Part shown: positions 44,607 to 52,833 of the stretch, in pieces | Layout of the letters: the number at the start of each line of letters is the position of its first letter | Numbering within the stretch: position 1 is the first letter of the stretch | DNA from: a virus | Lineage: Duplodnaviria > Caudoviricetes | Direction: 5' to 3' (one strand) | DNA: 60,457 bases | Virus record (IMG/VR): IMGVR_UViG_3300037119_004150 | Coordinates: 1-60,457 of that record | Program-made: the position numbers and the translations under genes | The notes under the pieces: model-generated | Database searches by the model: none | Seen by the model: only the letters and a program-made list of their open reading frames with translations | Told to the model about the DNA's origin: nothing

Positions 44607-44798
44607 ATGATGACGAATCAAACACAAAGCTCTCAGTACGACTTCCAACAGGAACTCGCTGATGCTCAGTACGCTCTCAATAGGGCTATGACTGCCGCTC
44701 AGGACCTCGGGCTTTACGGTTTCGCTCAACAACTCGTCCAGGCTAGGGACGAAATCTGGGCTCAGCGACAGGCCCTCGACCCCACACTGAAGGACTGA
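44607..44798 (+). CDS. Hypothetical protein (leaderless)
   Basis: Start at predicted TSS. Confidence 0.7.
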   Translation: MMTNQTQSSQYDFQQELADAQYALNRAMTAAQDLGLYGFAQQLVQARDEIWAQRQALDPTLKD

Positions 44799-44817
44799 GA
44801 AGGGACAAGGTGACGAC

Positions 44818-45117
44818 ATGAGGATTCACGAGAACCGTGCACCGCATACGCTGACCTGCCGATGCGAGGACTGCACCGAGTGGGTTCACAGCCACCATGA
44901 GGCTGCTCCGGAGTATGGGACTGAGGCTTTCATCGACTGGAATTGCAGGCTCTGCATCCCGTTCCCGGGTGAAGCTGATGCCGAGGTTCACATTGACACA
45001 ACCGAATGCTGGGAATGCCATACTCGGCAAGAATTCACGGGACGGGAAAAGATCATCGAGGCGCATAGGGACCCGACTGCGGCCTATGAACTCGCCTGCG
45101 GGCACTGGGTCATCTGA
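44818..45117 (+). CDS. Cys/His-rich hypothetical protein
   Basis: CRCEDC, CRLC, CWEC, LACGH motifs. Confidence 0.7.
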   Translation: MRIHENRAPHTLTCRCEDCTEWVHSHHEAAPEYGTEAFIDWNCRLCIPFPGEADAEVHIDTTECWECHTRQEFTGREKIIEAHRDPTAAYELACGHWVI

Positions 45118-45317
45118 TGGAAAGGAAAGGTGATATGATGGAGGGTGATACGATGGAGGGTATGAAGGGTGTTGGAGGACAATGCGAGGCACGGAATGCC
45201 AACGCAGGTGGCCGATGCCAACGACAGGCTGAACGGGAAATCGACTGCCGCCGGGTCTGCGACCAACACACTAACTGGGCACAAGAACGAGGGATGAGGT
45301 TCAACCAAAATGACTAA
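45117..45317 (+). CDS. Hypothetical protein with C-C-C-H zinc motif
   Basis: QCEARNANAGGRC...VCDQH. Confidence 0.55.
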   Translation: MERKGDMMEGDTMEGMKGVGGQCEARNANAGGRCQRQAEREIDCRRVCDQHTNWAQERGMRFNQND

Positions 45318-45762
45318 CAATAAGTCTCGTGGGGGACGGGTAGTGACCCTCTCTACCCCAATCTGGGGTGATACTGCGGGGGCTGATAAGGCTCGATCGG
45401 GAGGTAAGGCTCCGAGGATCACGGTGGTGAATGACGAAGCCTGCCCTCGGTGTGGGGCCTTTTGGGGGAATCCGAACCCGGAACTCGATTTCCCGAACCG
45501 ACCGAAGGTCGACAATGACTGGAAGTGCTACAATCCTAACTGCACTTGCGGGTACTATCGGAATGGTAGGGTCCTCGAGAATAAGCCTAGTCCGGAAAGG
45601 CTTGAGGAAATTAGGGCCGAAGCTCAGGCTAGAGTCGCTGAGATGATGAAGGGTAGGGTCTGGGCACAGGTTGAGGGGAATGCCTGGCAGTTGAAGCCCC
45701 CGGCTGAAGTTCGGGAAGATGGCCGATGGATCGGGTATGATGGTCCGGTAACGAAGGGATGA
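45310..45762 (+). CDS. Hypothetical zinc-ribbon protein
   Basis: CPRCG...WKCYNPNCTCG. Confidence 0.65.
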   Translation: MTNNKSRGGRVVTLSTPIWGDTAGADKARSGGKAPRITVVNDEACPRCGAFWGNPNPELDFPNRPKVDNDWKCYNPNCTCGYYRNGRVLENKPSPERLEEIRAEAQARVAEMMKGRVWAQVEGNAWQLKPPAEVREDGRWIGYDGPVTKG

Positions 45763-45765
45763 GTA

Positions 45766-45960
45766 ATGTTTCCACTTGAGGTTTGGACATGCGAGCAATG
45801 TGAGGGATGGATCTTCATTGCGGATATTGATGAGGCTGAGGGACAACCGATCTGGTCTCATTTCTCAGATGAAGAAAGGGAGGGAAGATGTGATGATCCG
45901 GTGCCTGTCGAGGGCACTAAGCAAGAAGTTACAGTAACCATAGACAGATGCGAGGACTGA
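45766..45960 (+). CDS. Hypothetical protein
   Basis: CEQC...WSH...C motif. Confidence 0.6.
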   Translation: MFPLEVWTCEQCEGWIFIADIDEAEGQPIWSHFSDEEREGRCDDPVPVEGTKQEVTVTIDRCED

Positions 45961-45971
45961 GGAGGTTGGTG

Positions 45972-46106
45972 ATGGCTGATATTTTGTATTGGGTTTTGAC
46001 GGTATGTGTGGCATTTCTATTGTTAATCTTGGGTGTTTGTTGGATGGGGTCTAGGGAGGATGGTAGGCATAACCGGGATGACTATTGGGACGGTTGGAAT
46101 GAGTAG
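45972..46106 (+). CDS. 44-aa single-TM protein
   Basis: RBS GGAGG; MADILYWVLTVCVAFLLLILGVCW... Confidence 0.55.
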   Translation: MADILYWVLTVCVAFLLLILGVCWMGSREDGRHNRDDYWDGWNE

Positions 46107-46275
46107 GGAGAAGATTAACTTAGGTGATTTAAGGTATAAGCTAGTTAAGGAGGAGTATTGGGTTGGGATTAGTGATTCTAGATTTAGTAGGGAGGAGTTG
46201 AAGGTACTTTTAGATTTAGTAGAGATGGCGGAAAAACTGCAGAATTTTTATGGCGGAAGAGGGATAGTAGAGTGA
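46099..46275 (+). CDS. Hypothetical protein
   Basis: Overlaps upstream stop. Confidence 0.45.
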   Translation: MSREKINLGDLRYKLVKEEYWVGISDSRFSREELKVLLDLVEMAEKLQNFYGGRGIVE

Positions 46276-46398
46276 AGGGTGCGGTGATGGTATTTGAGAG
46301 TGGGGTATGGAGTGGGGGAAAGGCCAACACGGTTCTAATGCTCTTGCAATACGATTCGCTTGATGAATACCAGAAAATCCTGAGGAGTTTGTAGGGAA

Positions 46399-46614
46399 TT
46401 GGAGGGATTGAGCGAGATGCTTGATGACATGATTACACCTAAAGGACTACTTGAGGGTCCTGAGGAAAATAGGGATATTGGGCCAGTAAGGGTTGAGAAG
46501 AAAGGATGGGGGTGGCATAGGTGTTTAGAATGTCGCTGCGTGTATTGGGGTGCGGGGAATTGTGAAGTTGATGGCTCGGAGTTGAGAGCTGAGAAGATGG
46601 ACCGGGATAGGTAA
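46399..46614 (+). CDS. Hypothetical Cys-motif protein
   Basis: CLECRC...CEVDG. Confidence 0.45.
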   Translation: MEGLSEMLDDMITPKGLLEGPEENRDIGPVRVEKKGWGWHRCLECRCVYWGAGNCEVDGSELRAEKMDRDR

Positions 46615-46940
46615 TAGGTTTCGGGGATAACACATGATAGTTCTTATCCACGGGCGAAGGTACAAGAACTGAGGCTTTGGTGTCTTGGGCTCTACGTAGT
46701 AGCCAAGGGGAAATGGTCTGGAACACTGGAGGTTGTATGGTGGCTTTTTCACGTCTCCAAGCTACGGTCGGAGGCCCGGAAACGGCCCTGTGAGATCTAT
46801 ATAGGTCTAAGGCGGCTTTTTGGTTTTGGCCAGACCACAACTTTGTTGTATGGATGGTTATGGGCTGGAGCCAGAAGATCCCGTCTGGAACCGCGAGGCT
46901 AGCCATGACGCCAGAAAGGCCCCCGTAGGGGCCAGACTGG

Positions 46941-47144
46941 TCAGTCGCGGTAGTTGAAAGGTGCCCAGCGGAGGCGGATTTCCTGGCCGGGGTGATAGTG
47001 AACCCGTTTGCGTTCCGGATGGGCCGCGTCGAGTTCGATGAGAGAAAGCGTCATGGAGAGGGTGTCGTTGCTGAGAACCTTCCAGGACTTGTCCCAGGCT
47101 CGGAAAATGGAGCGGGGGCGAACGGCGAATGCGTTTTGGATCAT
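46941..47144 (-). CDS. Hypothetical protein
   Basis: MIQNAFAVRP...; ATGA-coupled to upstream minus-strand gene. Confidence 0.65.
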   Translation of the reverse strand: MIQNAFAVRPRSIFRAWDKSWKVLSNDTLSMTLSLIELDAAHPERKRVHYHPGQEIRLRWAPFNYRD

Positions 47145-47326
47145 CGGTAGACCTTCAGATAGCAGTTGTAACGGTCGGACCAGACGAAGGTGAAATCGTC
47201 GAGGTTGGACTGGGCGGTCATTGTGTGACAGTCGCAGTTCGGATCGGGGCACTCAGTCAGAGGGCCGGGATCGAAGAGTTCTGGGTGAATCCCAGAAACC
47301 CTTGATGGGGCGTCGGTGATCATCAT
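47141..47326 (-). CDS. Hypothetical protein (leaderless)
   Basis: Start 6 nt after minus-strand -10; CPDPNCDC. Confidence 0.7.
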   Translation of the reverse strand: MMITDAPSRVSGIHPELFDPGPLTECPDPNCDCHTMTAQSNLDDFTFVWSDRYNCYLKVYR

Positions 47327-47332
47327 ACTTAG

Positions 47333-47361
47333 ATCATATCAAAACCTATTCACCCTGTCAA
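47333..47361 (-). promoter_or_regulatory. Repeated leaderless promoter (divergent)
   Basis: Minus strand TTGACA-17-TATGAT-CTAAGT-ATG. Confidence 0.8.
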
Positions 47362-47473
47362 CACTTTTGTTTCGCGTGGGCCGGTAGAACCAGTCTGGAG
47401 CCAGCCAACGCCTCTCCAAGGCTGTACCAACGCTCCCGTAATACAGTTGGAATACATGGCGGACAGAAAACTG

Positions 47474-47502
47474 TTTACATAGGTCGGGCGGTTTGATACA
47501 AT
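47474..47502 (+). promoter_or_regulatory. Repeated promoter
   Basis: TTTACA-17-TACAAT-CTAAAT-ATG(47509). Confidence 0.75.
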
Positions 47503-47508
47503 CTAAAT

Positions 47509-47844
47509 ATGATCAAAAACGATCATCCGACACAAAGGAGGGCCGACATGGCCGATGTGACTGACACCACCGAGGCCGAGGTCGACGAGACCGAGGCTCC
47601 GACCACCTTCGCTCCGAAGGACGTCGCCGAGAAGCTGGGCATCGACGCCAAGAGCTTCCGCCGCTGGCTGCGCCGCCAGACCGCTGATAGGGCTGGGAAG
47701 GGAGGCCGCTGGGTCTTCGACGCCGAGACGGTCGAGGCGCTGGTCGCCGCCTACAACAAGCCCGCCGATGACGAGGTCGAGGCTGACGAGGAGCCCGAGG
47801 ACGAGGAGCTCAACGACGAGCTCGACGAACTCGACGAGTCCTGA
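47509..47844 (+). CDS. Acidic-tailed HTH DNA-binding protein (alternative start 47548 with AAGGAG)
   Basis: APKDVAEKLGIDAKSFRRWLR...GKGGRWVFD; strongly GC3-biased codons. Confidence 0.8.
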   Translation: MIKNDHPTQRRADMADVTDTTEAEVDETEAPTTFAPKDVAEKLGIDAKSFRRWLRRQTADRAGKGGRWVFDAETVEALVAAYNKPADDEVEADEEPEDEELNDELDELDES

Positions 47845-47850
47845 CCGACC

Positions 47851-47885
47851 GCTACTTGCCCCCTCTCCGGAGGGGGTACAGTAGT
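47851..47885 (+). terminator. Hairpin/terminator after HTH gene
   Basis: GCTACT-TGCCCCCTC...GAGGGGGTA-CAGTAGT. Confidence 0.55.
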
Positions 47886-48046
47886 AACGTCTAAGCCAGA
47901 CTTTGGCCGTTAACCAGTTGAGGACCGCCGGGTCAGGGCTTTTGAGCCTGTAGAACCCGTCTGGAGCCAGGTGGAGCTACTTGTTCCCGTCTGGAGCCGT
48001 GCTCTGGCCGCCGCGTAACAAAATAGACCGCCTGGCGAGAAATGTG

Positions 48047-48075
48047 TTTACAGGGCGACTGGGATTTGATACAAT
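48047..48075 (+). promoter_or_regulatory. Repeated leaderless promoter
   Basis: TTTACA-17-TACAAT-TCTAGT-ATG(48082). Confidence 0.75.
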
Positions 48076-48081
48076 TCTAGT

Positions 48082-48429
48082 ATGATTGATCACGACGCCG
48101 ACGGGGGGGCTGGGGAGGTGGTCCGCACTGACGGTCCACTTTCCGCAGCCGCTTACGCCGAATTTGCCGCTCAAGGTCCGATCCCTCCGGGTACTCCAGG
48201 CTGGTGGCAGGTATGGGGGGCTCAAGTTCGCCATATCCGCCCCGGGGACCTGGTAATCTCCAAGGCCGGGGATGAGGTCCTCGAAGCCTCATTCATCCAG
48301 GATACTTATCTTGCCAAGGCTTCACCCCTTCGCTGGGGGGTCCTGGTCGAAGACCGCCGCATGACCTTCGGAGCACTTACTGCAATTGTGCTCCTCCGCC
48401 GCGATACTCACAATCTTCTCGCTGACTAA
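48082..48429 (+). CDS. Hypothetical protein (leaderless)
   Basis: Start at predicted TSS. Confidence 0.7.
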   Translation: MIDHDADGGAGEVVRTDGPLSAAAYAEFAAQGPIPPGTPGWWQVWGAQVRHIRPGDLVISKAGDEVLEASFIQDTYLAKASPLRWGVLVEDRRMTFGALTAIVLLRRDTHNLLAD

Positions 48430-48439
48430 GGAGAAACCG

Positions 48440-48559
48440 ATGGATGACTGCACCGAGCCCGACGGAAATGAAGAAACTGACTTCGGGTCCGCACACAACC
48501 TGATGCTCGACGAACAGGGCTACTGCCCTTGGTGCGGAGAGGAGGCTGAAGCAGACTGA
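48440..48559 (+). CDS. 39-aa acidic peptide with CPWC
   Basis: RBS TAAGGAG; followed by hairpin. Confidence 0.6.
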   Translation: MDDCTEPDGNEETDFGSAHNLMLDEQGYCPWCGEEAEAD

Positions 48560-48726
48560 ACGGGTAACTTAGGTTAATGCCCCCCGACCCGCAGGGGGGC
48601 TTAACTTTAGGCTATCCAGTCAGAAGCACCAGTCTGGAGCCGCACGATAACGCAAGGCTAACACAATACCAACGCTCCACTAATGCTCCGCCAACACTCC
48701 TCTAAAACCTACGGGAAACGTTAGTG

Positions 48727-48755
48727 TTGACAGGGCGCGATGGGTTTGATACAAT
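48727..48755 (+). promoter_or_regulatory. Repeated leaderless promoter
   Basis: TTGACA-17-TACAAT-AATACT-ATG(48762). Confidence 0.8.
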
Positions 48756-48761
48756 AATACT

Positions 48762-49025
48762 ATGATCATTGAAGCACTCGCCGCGGGGGTTATCGCTCTT
48801 GCGCCGGGATCAACCTCTACCAATACCGACCTTCGTCCTTGCCGGGACGGGGCCACCATCACTATGAACTACAACTCGCCTCCGCCCTGCGACCTTGACG
48901 GGGACAATCAACTGAACATCCGCTTGCCGAAGTGGTGGTCAAACCCGACGAAGAAGGCCTTCGCTGCTGATTCTGGCTGCCGCCTCCCGAAGCCATACCG
49001 CATCGCCGTCGACTGCGACTTCTAG
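48762..49025 (+). CDS. Small predicted exported Cys-containing protein
   Basis: Hydrophobic N-terminus, four Cys. Confidence 0.6.
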   Translation: MIIEALAAGVIALAPGSTSTNTDLRPCRDGATITMNYNSPPPCDLDGDNQLNIRLPKWWSNPTKKAFAADSGCRLPKPYRIAVDCDF

Positions 49026-49552
49026 CTCCGACCGCTCCGGCCTCACCGCTGGGGCGGACCGGTGTGTTACGACGTAGGCGCCGGAGCACGACCCGCCAGC
49101 CGGAAGCCAGAGTAACGTCTAACGTCTAACCTTAGAAAAGCCAGACCTTTGCCAGCCTGACCAGCAGCACCGGGCTGGAGCCGGAAGGGGCCCTTGACGG
49201 GCGGTGTTAGGGGCGGTTCTGGTTTCGGCTTAGGGGCGGTTAAGTGGGGGTGTTAGGGGTGGTTAACATGCGGCATTCGGCGCGCTTAATTAAATCAATT
49301 CATTATCATTAATCATTTCTGTTAGGCGCACCTAACTCGAATTGTTAATCCGGCCTAATGCCTGAGGTTAATCGCGCTTTATGGTACTTATTAATTGACC
49401 CTAATAAACATTACGGTATCATTACGGAGTTTCGTAATAGACTTGCAATGTAGATTTAATCATTATCTATTGACTATTAATGTTCAATCTGCTAAGCTAT
49501 CTTCGATAGATCAATTTATGGTGAATTGATCATTAAAGTAAAGGTGAATGAA

Positions 49553-49777
49553 ATGAATGGTACTACGCCTAAGGATCTCGCAGCAGAAATGAATATCAAT
49601 CCGAAGTCATTGCGTCGCTTTATTCGGGCGCATTTCGCTGATCGGGCGGGTAGTGGTAATCGCTACAATTTGACCGATGAGGCTTGCGATTACATTCGCA
49701 ATAATTATGGCAAGGTGGCGATCCGTAAGGTCGTTACACTTTCTGCGCCATTGACGGTTGTCGATTCCGACGATTGA
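49553..49777 (+). CDS. HTH DNA-binding protein (paralogue of 47509 and 36145)
   Basis: TPKDLAAEMNINPKSLRRFIR...DRAGSGNRY. Confidence 0.75.
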   Translation: MNGTTPKDLAAEMNINPKSLRRFIRAHFADRAGSGNRYNLTDEACDYIRNNYGKVAIRKVVTLSAPLTVVDSDD

Positions 49778-49783
49778 TTTCGC

Positions 49784-49840
49784 AAATTAAAGGTCGGCTC
49801 GATTTAATTATCGGGTCGGCCTTTAATTTTAATTTAATTT
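49784..49840 (+). terminator. Intrinsic terminator
   Basis: AAATTAAAGGTCGGCTCGAT/ATCGGGTCGGCCTTTAATTT followed by T-rich run. Confidence 0.75.
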
Positions 49841-50046
49841 CATTTGCGATCGCAACGAAGTTGCCAACCCCCCGTGCCCCAAATTTCCGCCGCGCCCGTT
49901 TCGTGCCGTGGACCGTGTATCCCGAGAACTGCTGGCTCTCTCTAACAAAAGTCCAACCACGTATTATCTTTTGGGATCATTCACCCGGCCGAGAGATATC
50001 CCACGAGACCCCTCGTGAACCCCCCTAGACTCAAAGAAGAAGTACA

Positions 50047-50076
50047 TTGACAGTAGTTGCATCTCTCATATATAAT
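50047..50076 (+). promoter_or_regulatory. Sigma-70-type promoter
   Basis: TTGACA-18-TATAAT. Confidence 0.7.
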
Positions 50077-50111
50077 AACTATGTCGATCACTTCAGACGG
50101 GAGAAGAATAC

Positions 50112-50408
50112 ATGCCCAAATTCACTCTAAAGGATCTAACTAACGATCCGGAAGTAGAAATGAAGTTCTATTTCAACATCAAGCCGGCTAAGGGGGTTAA
50201 CGAACGTTTTACAAGAACATTCGTTGTCAAAGCTCTAGACTTCCCCTCTGCTTTAGATAAGGCAATCATGGAAGCTACCTACCTTTGGGGACTTAACGAT
50301 CCTTGGGTTATTGAAGGCGGAATCAAGCAACCCATCCCCATCACACCAACCGATTCTAACCTAACTATCGAAACAGGCCCCCTGAGTATCGAGGAAACAC
50401 AACGATGA
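50112..50408 (+). CDS. Hypothetical protein
   Basis: ORF after promoter with RBS GGGAG. Confidence 0.65.
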   Translation: MPKFTLKDLTNDPEVEMKFYFNIKPAKGVNERFTRTFVVKALDFPSALDKAIMEATYLWGLNDPWVIEGGIKQPIPITPTDSNLTIETGPLSIEETQR

Positions 50409-50734
50409 CTAGTCCCGCCAATTCCGGTTTTCCCCAGGAGTCCCCCATGGCTTGGATTCAAGCTTGGGAGACTGGAATGAGGGAATTAGGATACGAGAAA
50501 GCTCGGCTTGACATCATTACAAACTACCCAAATGTCATGCTTAGCTATACTTGGGTCTTTGATACGGACCTGTTCTATGAGGCTTGGCGAACCCAGGATA
50601 TCACCGTCTACAACAACCATACGGCATGGGATGATGCCCACCAGGTTTTTGCCTCAGTAGATCATCTGCGACCTAGAGGGGTGGAGGCCTCTCCTATGCT
50701 TCGCAGTATTATGGATACTATGGGCCGAAACTAA
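50405..50734 (+). CDS. Hypothetical protein
   Basis: ATGA-coupled. Confidence 0.65.
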   Translation: MTSPANSGFPQESPMAWIQAWETGMRELGYEKARLDIITNYPNVMLSYTWVFDTDLFYEAWRTQDITVYNNHTAWDDAHQVFASVDHLRPRGVEASPMLRSIMDTMGRN

Positions 50735-50759
50735 TCTACCCATGACACTGAACTAGCCC

Positions 50760-50957
50760 ATGCCACATCTAATTACTTGTGATCTTTGCGCTTTGGATAA
50801 GGGACTCCAGATCGAAGATACGATGGACCATGCTATGGAACATTGCTTGAAAGGAGAACATTGCACATCTACTACAGCTAGTTGTGCCGCAGAACAGGGT
50901 GGGGGAGATCACCCTAGTAAATGTTGCGTTTGCCAGGAGCCTACTCCCAGGAGCTAA
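50760..50957 (+). CDS. Cys/His-rich hypothetical protein
   Basis: CDLC...CCVC. Confidence 0.5.
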   Translation: MPHLITCDLCALDKGLQIEDTMDHAMEHCLKGEHCTSTTASCAAEQGGGDHPSKCCVCQEPTPRS

Positions 50958-50960
50958 ATC

Positions 50961-51266
50961 ATGGCTATCCCAAACTTTAATTCCCCTCGACTCTATGACC
51001 ATTTCTTGCCCGGCTGCGTCGTCACCCACGAGGTGTATGGACGGGGTGTGGTAATTACCCGGCTAAGTCGACAGAGACAAAATCTCACCCGAGTCTATTT
51101 CTACCCTATTGATAGCAAGGCTCACACTCTCAGCGTCCTTACTTCTCACCTGCGACTCGTTCCAGAACTCGAGTTGAGTGATAGGGACCGTAAACATCGA
51201 GCTCATACTCGCCATCCGGCCTTTTTGCCACACCGAAGGAGCTTTCGTCGTGAAGAAAAAGCATAG
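50961..51266 (+). CDS. Hypothetical protein (SH3-like core)
   Basis: RBS AGGAG; PGCVVTHEVYGRGVV. Confidence 0.6.
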   Translation: MAIPNFNSPRLYDHFLPGCVVTHEVYGRGVVITRLSRQRQNLTRVYFYPIDSKAHTLSVLTSHLRLVPELELSDRDRKHRAHTRHPAFLPHRRSFRREEKA

Positions 51267-51627
51267 GCTTCGCCATGCTAACCTACAAAGTCAAATCGTT
51301 TGGCTTCAGAAGTATTGTGATGAACTCAGCAAGAAAAACGTAAGTTTAACCTTAGACTTTAGAGAGGTTTTGAAACAAATTGCGGATTTACGCGAGCAAT
51401 TGGCTCAGCTGAGAAGTCAAACCTTTGTTAGCATCCTGAGTGATTCTTTACCCGCCTCTGTTGTGAATGAAACAAGCTTTACATTCCACACACAAGAAGA
51501 ACTTGTTGATGGGTTTGGAGATCATGTGGGCTTTATTGATACCACTCCCGTTGAGCCTCCTGACCCTCCTCCGCCTCACTCTGATATACCTACTAGCCAA
51601 AAATGGGGTGAAATATGGGGCCGCTAA
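51178..51627 (+). CDS. Hypothetical coiled-coil protein (true start probably ~51250)
   Basis: Heptad pattern LKQIADLREQLAQL. Confidence 0.55.
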   Translation: MIGTVNIELILAIRPFCHTEGAFVVKKKHRLRHANLQSQIVWLQKYCDELSKKNVSLTLDFREVLKQIADLREQLAQLRSQTFVSILSDSLPASVVNETSFTFHTQEELVDGFGDHVGFIDTTPVEPPDPPPPHSDIPTSQKWGEIWGR

Positions 51628-51806
51628 AGGAACCGCTGTTTGATTCCCCGGCGAAGCGCCGTGCCAGAATCAACCGTCGAGCGTGGCAACTCCACGCCGA
51701 GAACGGTCACCCGGATGGCTACGCCGGACCGTGTTGGGGACCGTTGCCCGCCGAACGCGAACAAGCGGAACGAGAGGAACGGACGGTGCAGCGAGGTGAA
51801 CCATGA
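51615..51806 (+). CDS. Hypothetical protein
   Basis: Coupled ORF. Confidence 0.5.
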   Translation: MGPLKEPLFDSPAKRRARINRRAWQLHAENGHPDGYAGPCWGPLPAEREQAEREERTVQRGEP

Positions 51807-52003
51807 GTGAAAGCACTGAACCGCTGTTCGACAGCGGCGACGAAGAAGCATCGCAGAGGATTATCGACTGTAATGCCCGACGACGGAATAAAACGGAGTC
51901 AGCCGATGAGTTTGGCAATGTATGGGACTGGTCGACTACGCCGCCTACATTTGTTCGCACTAGGGGACGGGATTAATTGAGTTAAAAACCCGGGCGTTGT
52001 TCC

Positions 52004-52032
52004 TTGACAATTAGCCCTATAGATGATAGACT
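52004..52032 (+). promoter_or_regulatory. Promoter for terS/late operon
   Basis: TTGACA-17-TAGACT with TG extension. Confidence 0.7.
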
Positions 52033-52038
52033 TGGTAT

Positions 52039-52150
52039 GATTCCCTGAGGAGTCAAATCGGGAATGGTGATGCTGGCCGCCGAACCCCCGCCCGATTACA
52101 TCGTTGCCGCGACCTCACTCGACCTCACAACGATGACTCCTCAGGGAATC
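52039..52150 (+). ncRNA. Candidate three-way-junction leader RNA upstream of terS
   Basis: P1 GATTCCCTGAGGAGT/ACTCCTCAGGGAATC, P2 AATCGGG/CCCGATT, P3 CATCGTTG/CAACGATG. Confidence 0.6.
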
Positions 52151-52170
52151 GTCACTGTTCGTTAGGAACC

Positions 52171-52833
52171 ATGAAGGAGATCTCCATGGATGAGATGACT
52201 ATGGTCCTGGACTTCACGAATGCAGATCTGAAGCCGAATGGGAAACCGGTCATTGATTCGCAGGGTCGACTTCCAGGACAACAGGGTGGGCGCCCTGTGA
52301 AATCGCAGAGTCCTAAACAAATTAGGGCTCGGGCAAGGCGGAAAAGGGCTATTGCTGATGAGGAGTTAGCAAGGTTATATAAGCCCTTAGATGAATGGGA
52401 TGCTGAGGAGTTAGCGAGAGGCCGTCCGAGGGCAAAGGATGGGTCTTTCAAGGGCAAGGCACCGGCATTTATCGATCGAGCACTACATGAGCAGATTGTG
52501 CGCCGTTTTGAAGAGGTCGTGCGGATCAAGATGAACGAGCACACTGTCGACGCACTTCGTTTTCTTAGCGATGTGCTGAATAACAATGAGGAGGACGATC
52601 GGGGGCGACCTATTGTCTCAGCTTCGACTAAGTTGGACGCAACTAAGTTTCTCATTGAGCATGTGATCGGCAAGCCAAGGCAGCGTATGGAGACGGATAT
52701 CTCTGTTAAGTTGCAAGGTGTTTTGGCTATGGCTATGGTCAATCCAAGTCAAACTCAGCAGGGTCAATTTGAGTTAGCTCAAGGTTATATTGATGCCGAA
52801 AGCTGGGAAGAAGAGGACGATGGGAACGGCTAG
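52171..52833 (+). CDS. terS: Putative terminase small subunit
   Basis: KPLDEWDAEELARGRPRAKDGSFKG and KLDATKFLIEHVIGKP motifs; first gene of operon leading to terL. Confidence 0.7.
   Translation: MKEISMDEMTMVLDFTNADLKPNGKPVIDSQGRLPGQQGGRPVKSQSPKQIRARARRKRAIADEELARLYKPLDEWDAEELARGRPRAKDGSFKGKAPAFIDRALHEQIVRRFEEVVRIKMNEHTVDALRFLSDVLNNNEEDDRGRPIVSASTKLDATKFLIEHVIGKPRQRMETDISVKLQGVLAMAMVNPSQTQQGQFELAQGYIDAESWEEEDDGNG

Noticed and set aside
33593-49182. Repeated motifs as a CRISPR array or Racr-like repeats
   Set aside because: Spacing is irregular (hundreds of bp) with genes in between; repeats are promoter boxes or 8-13-mers
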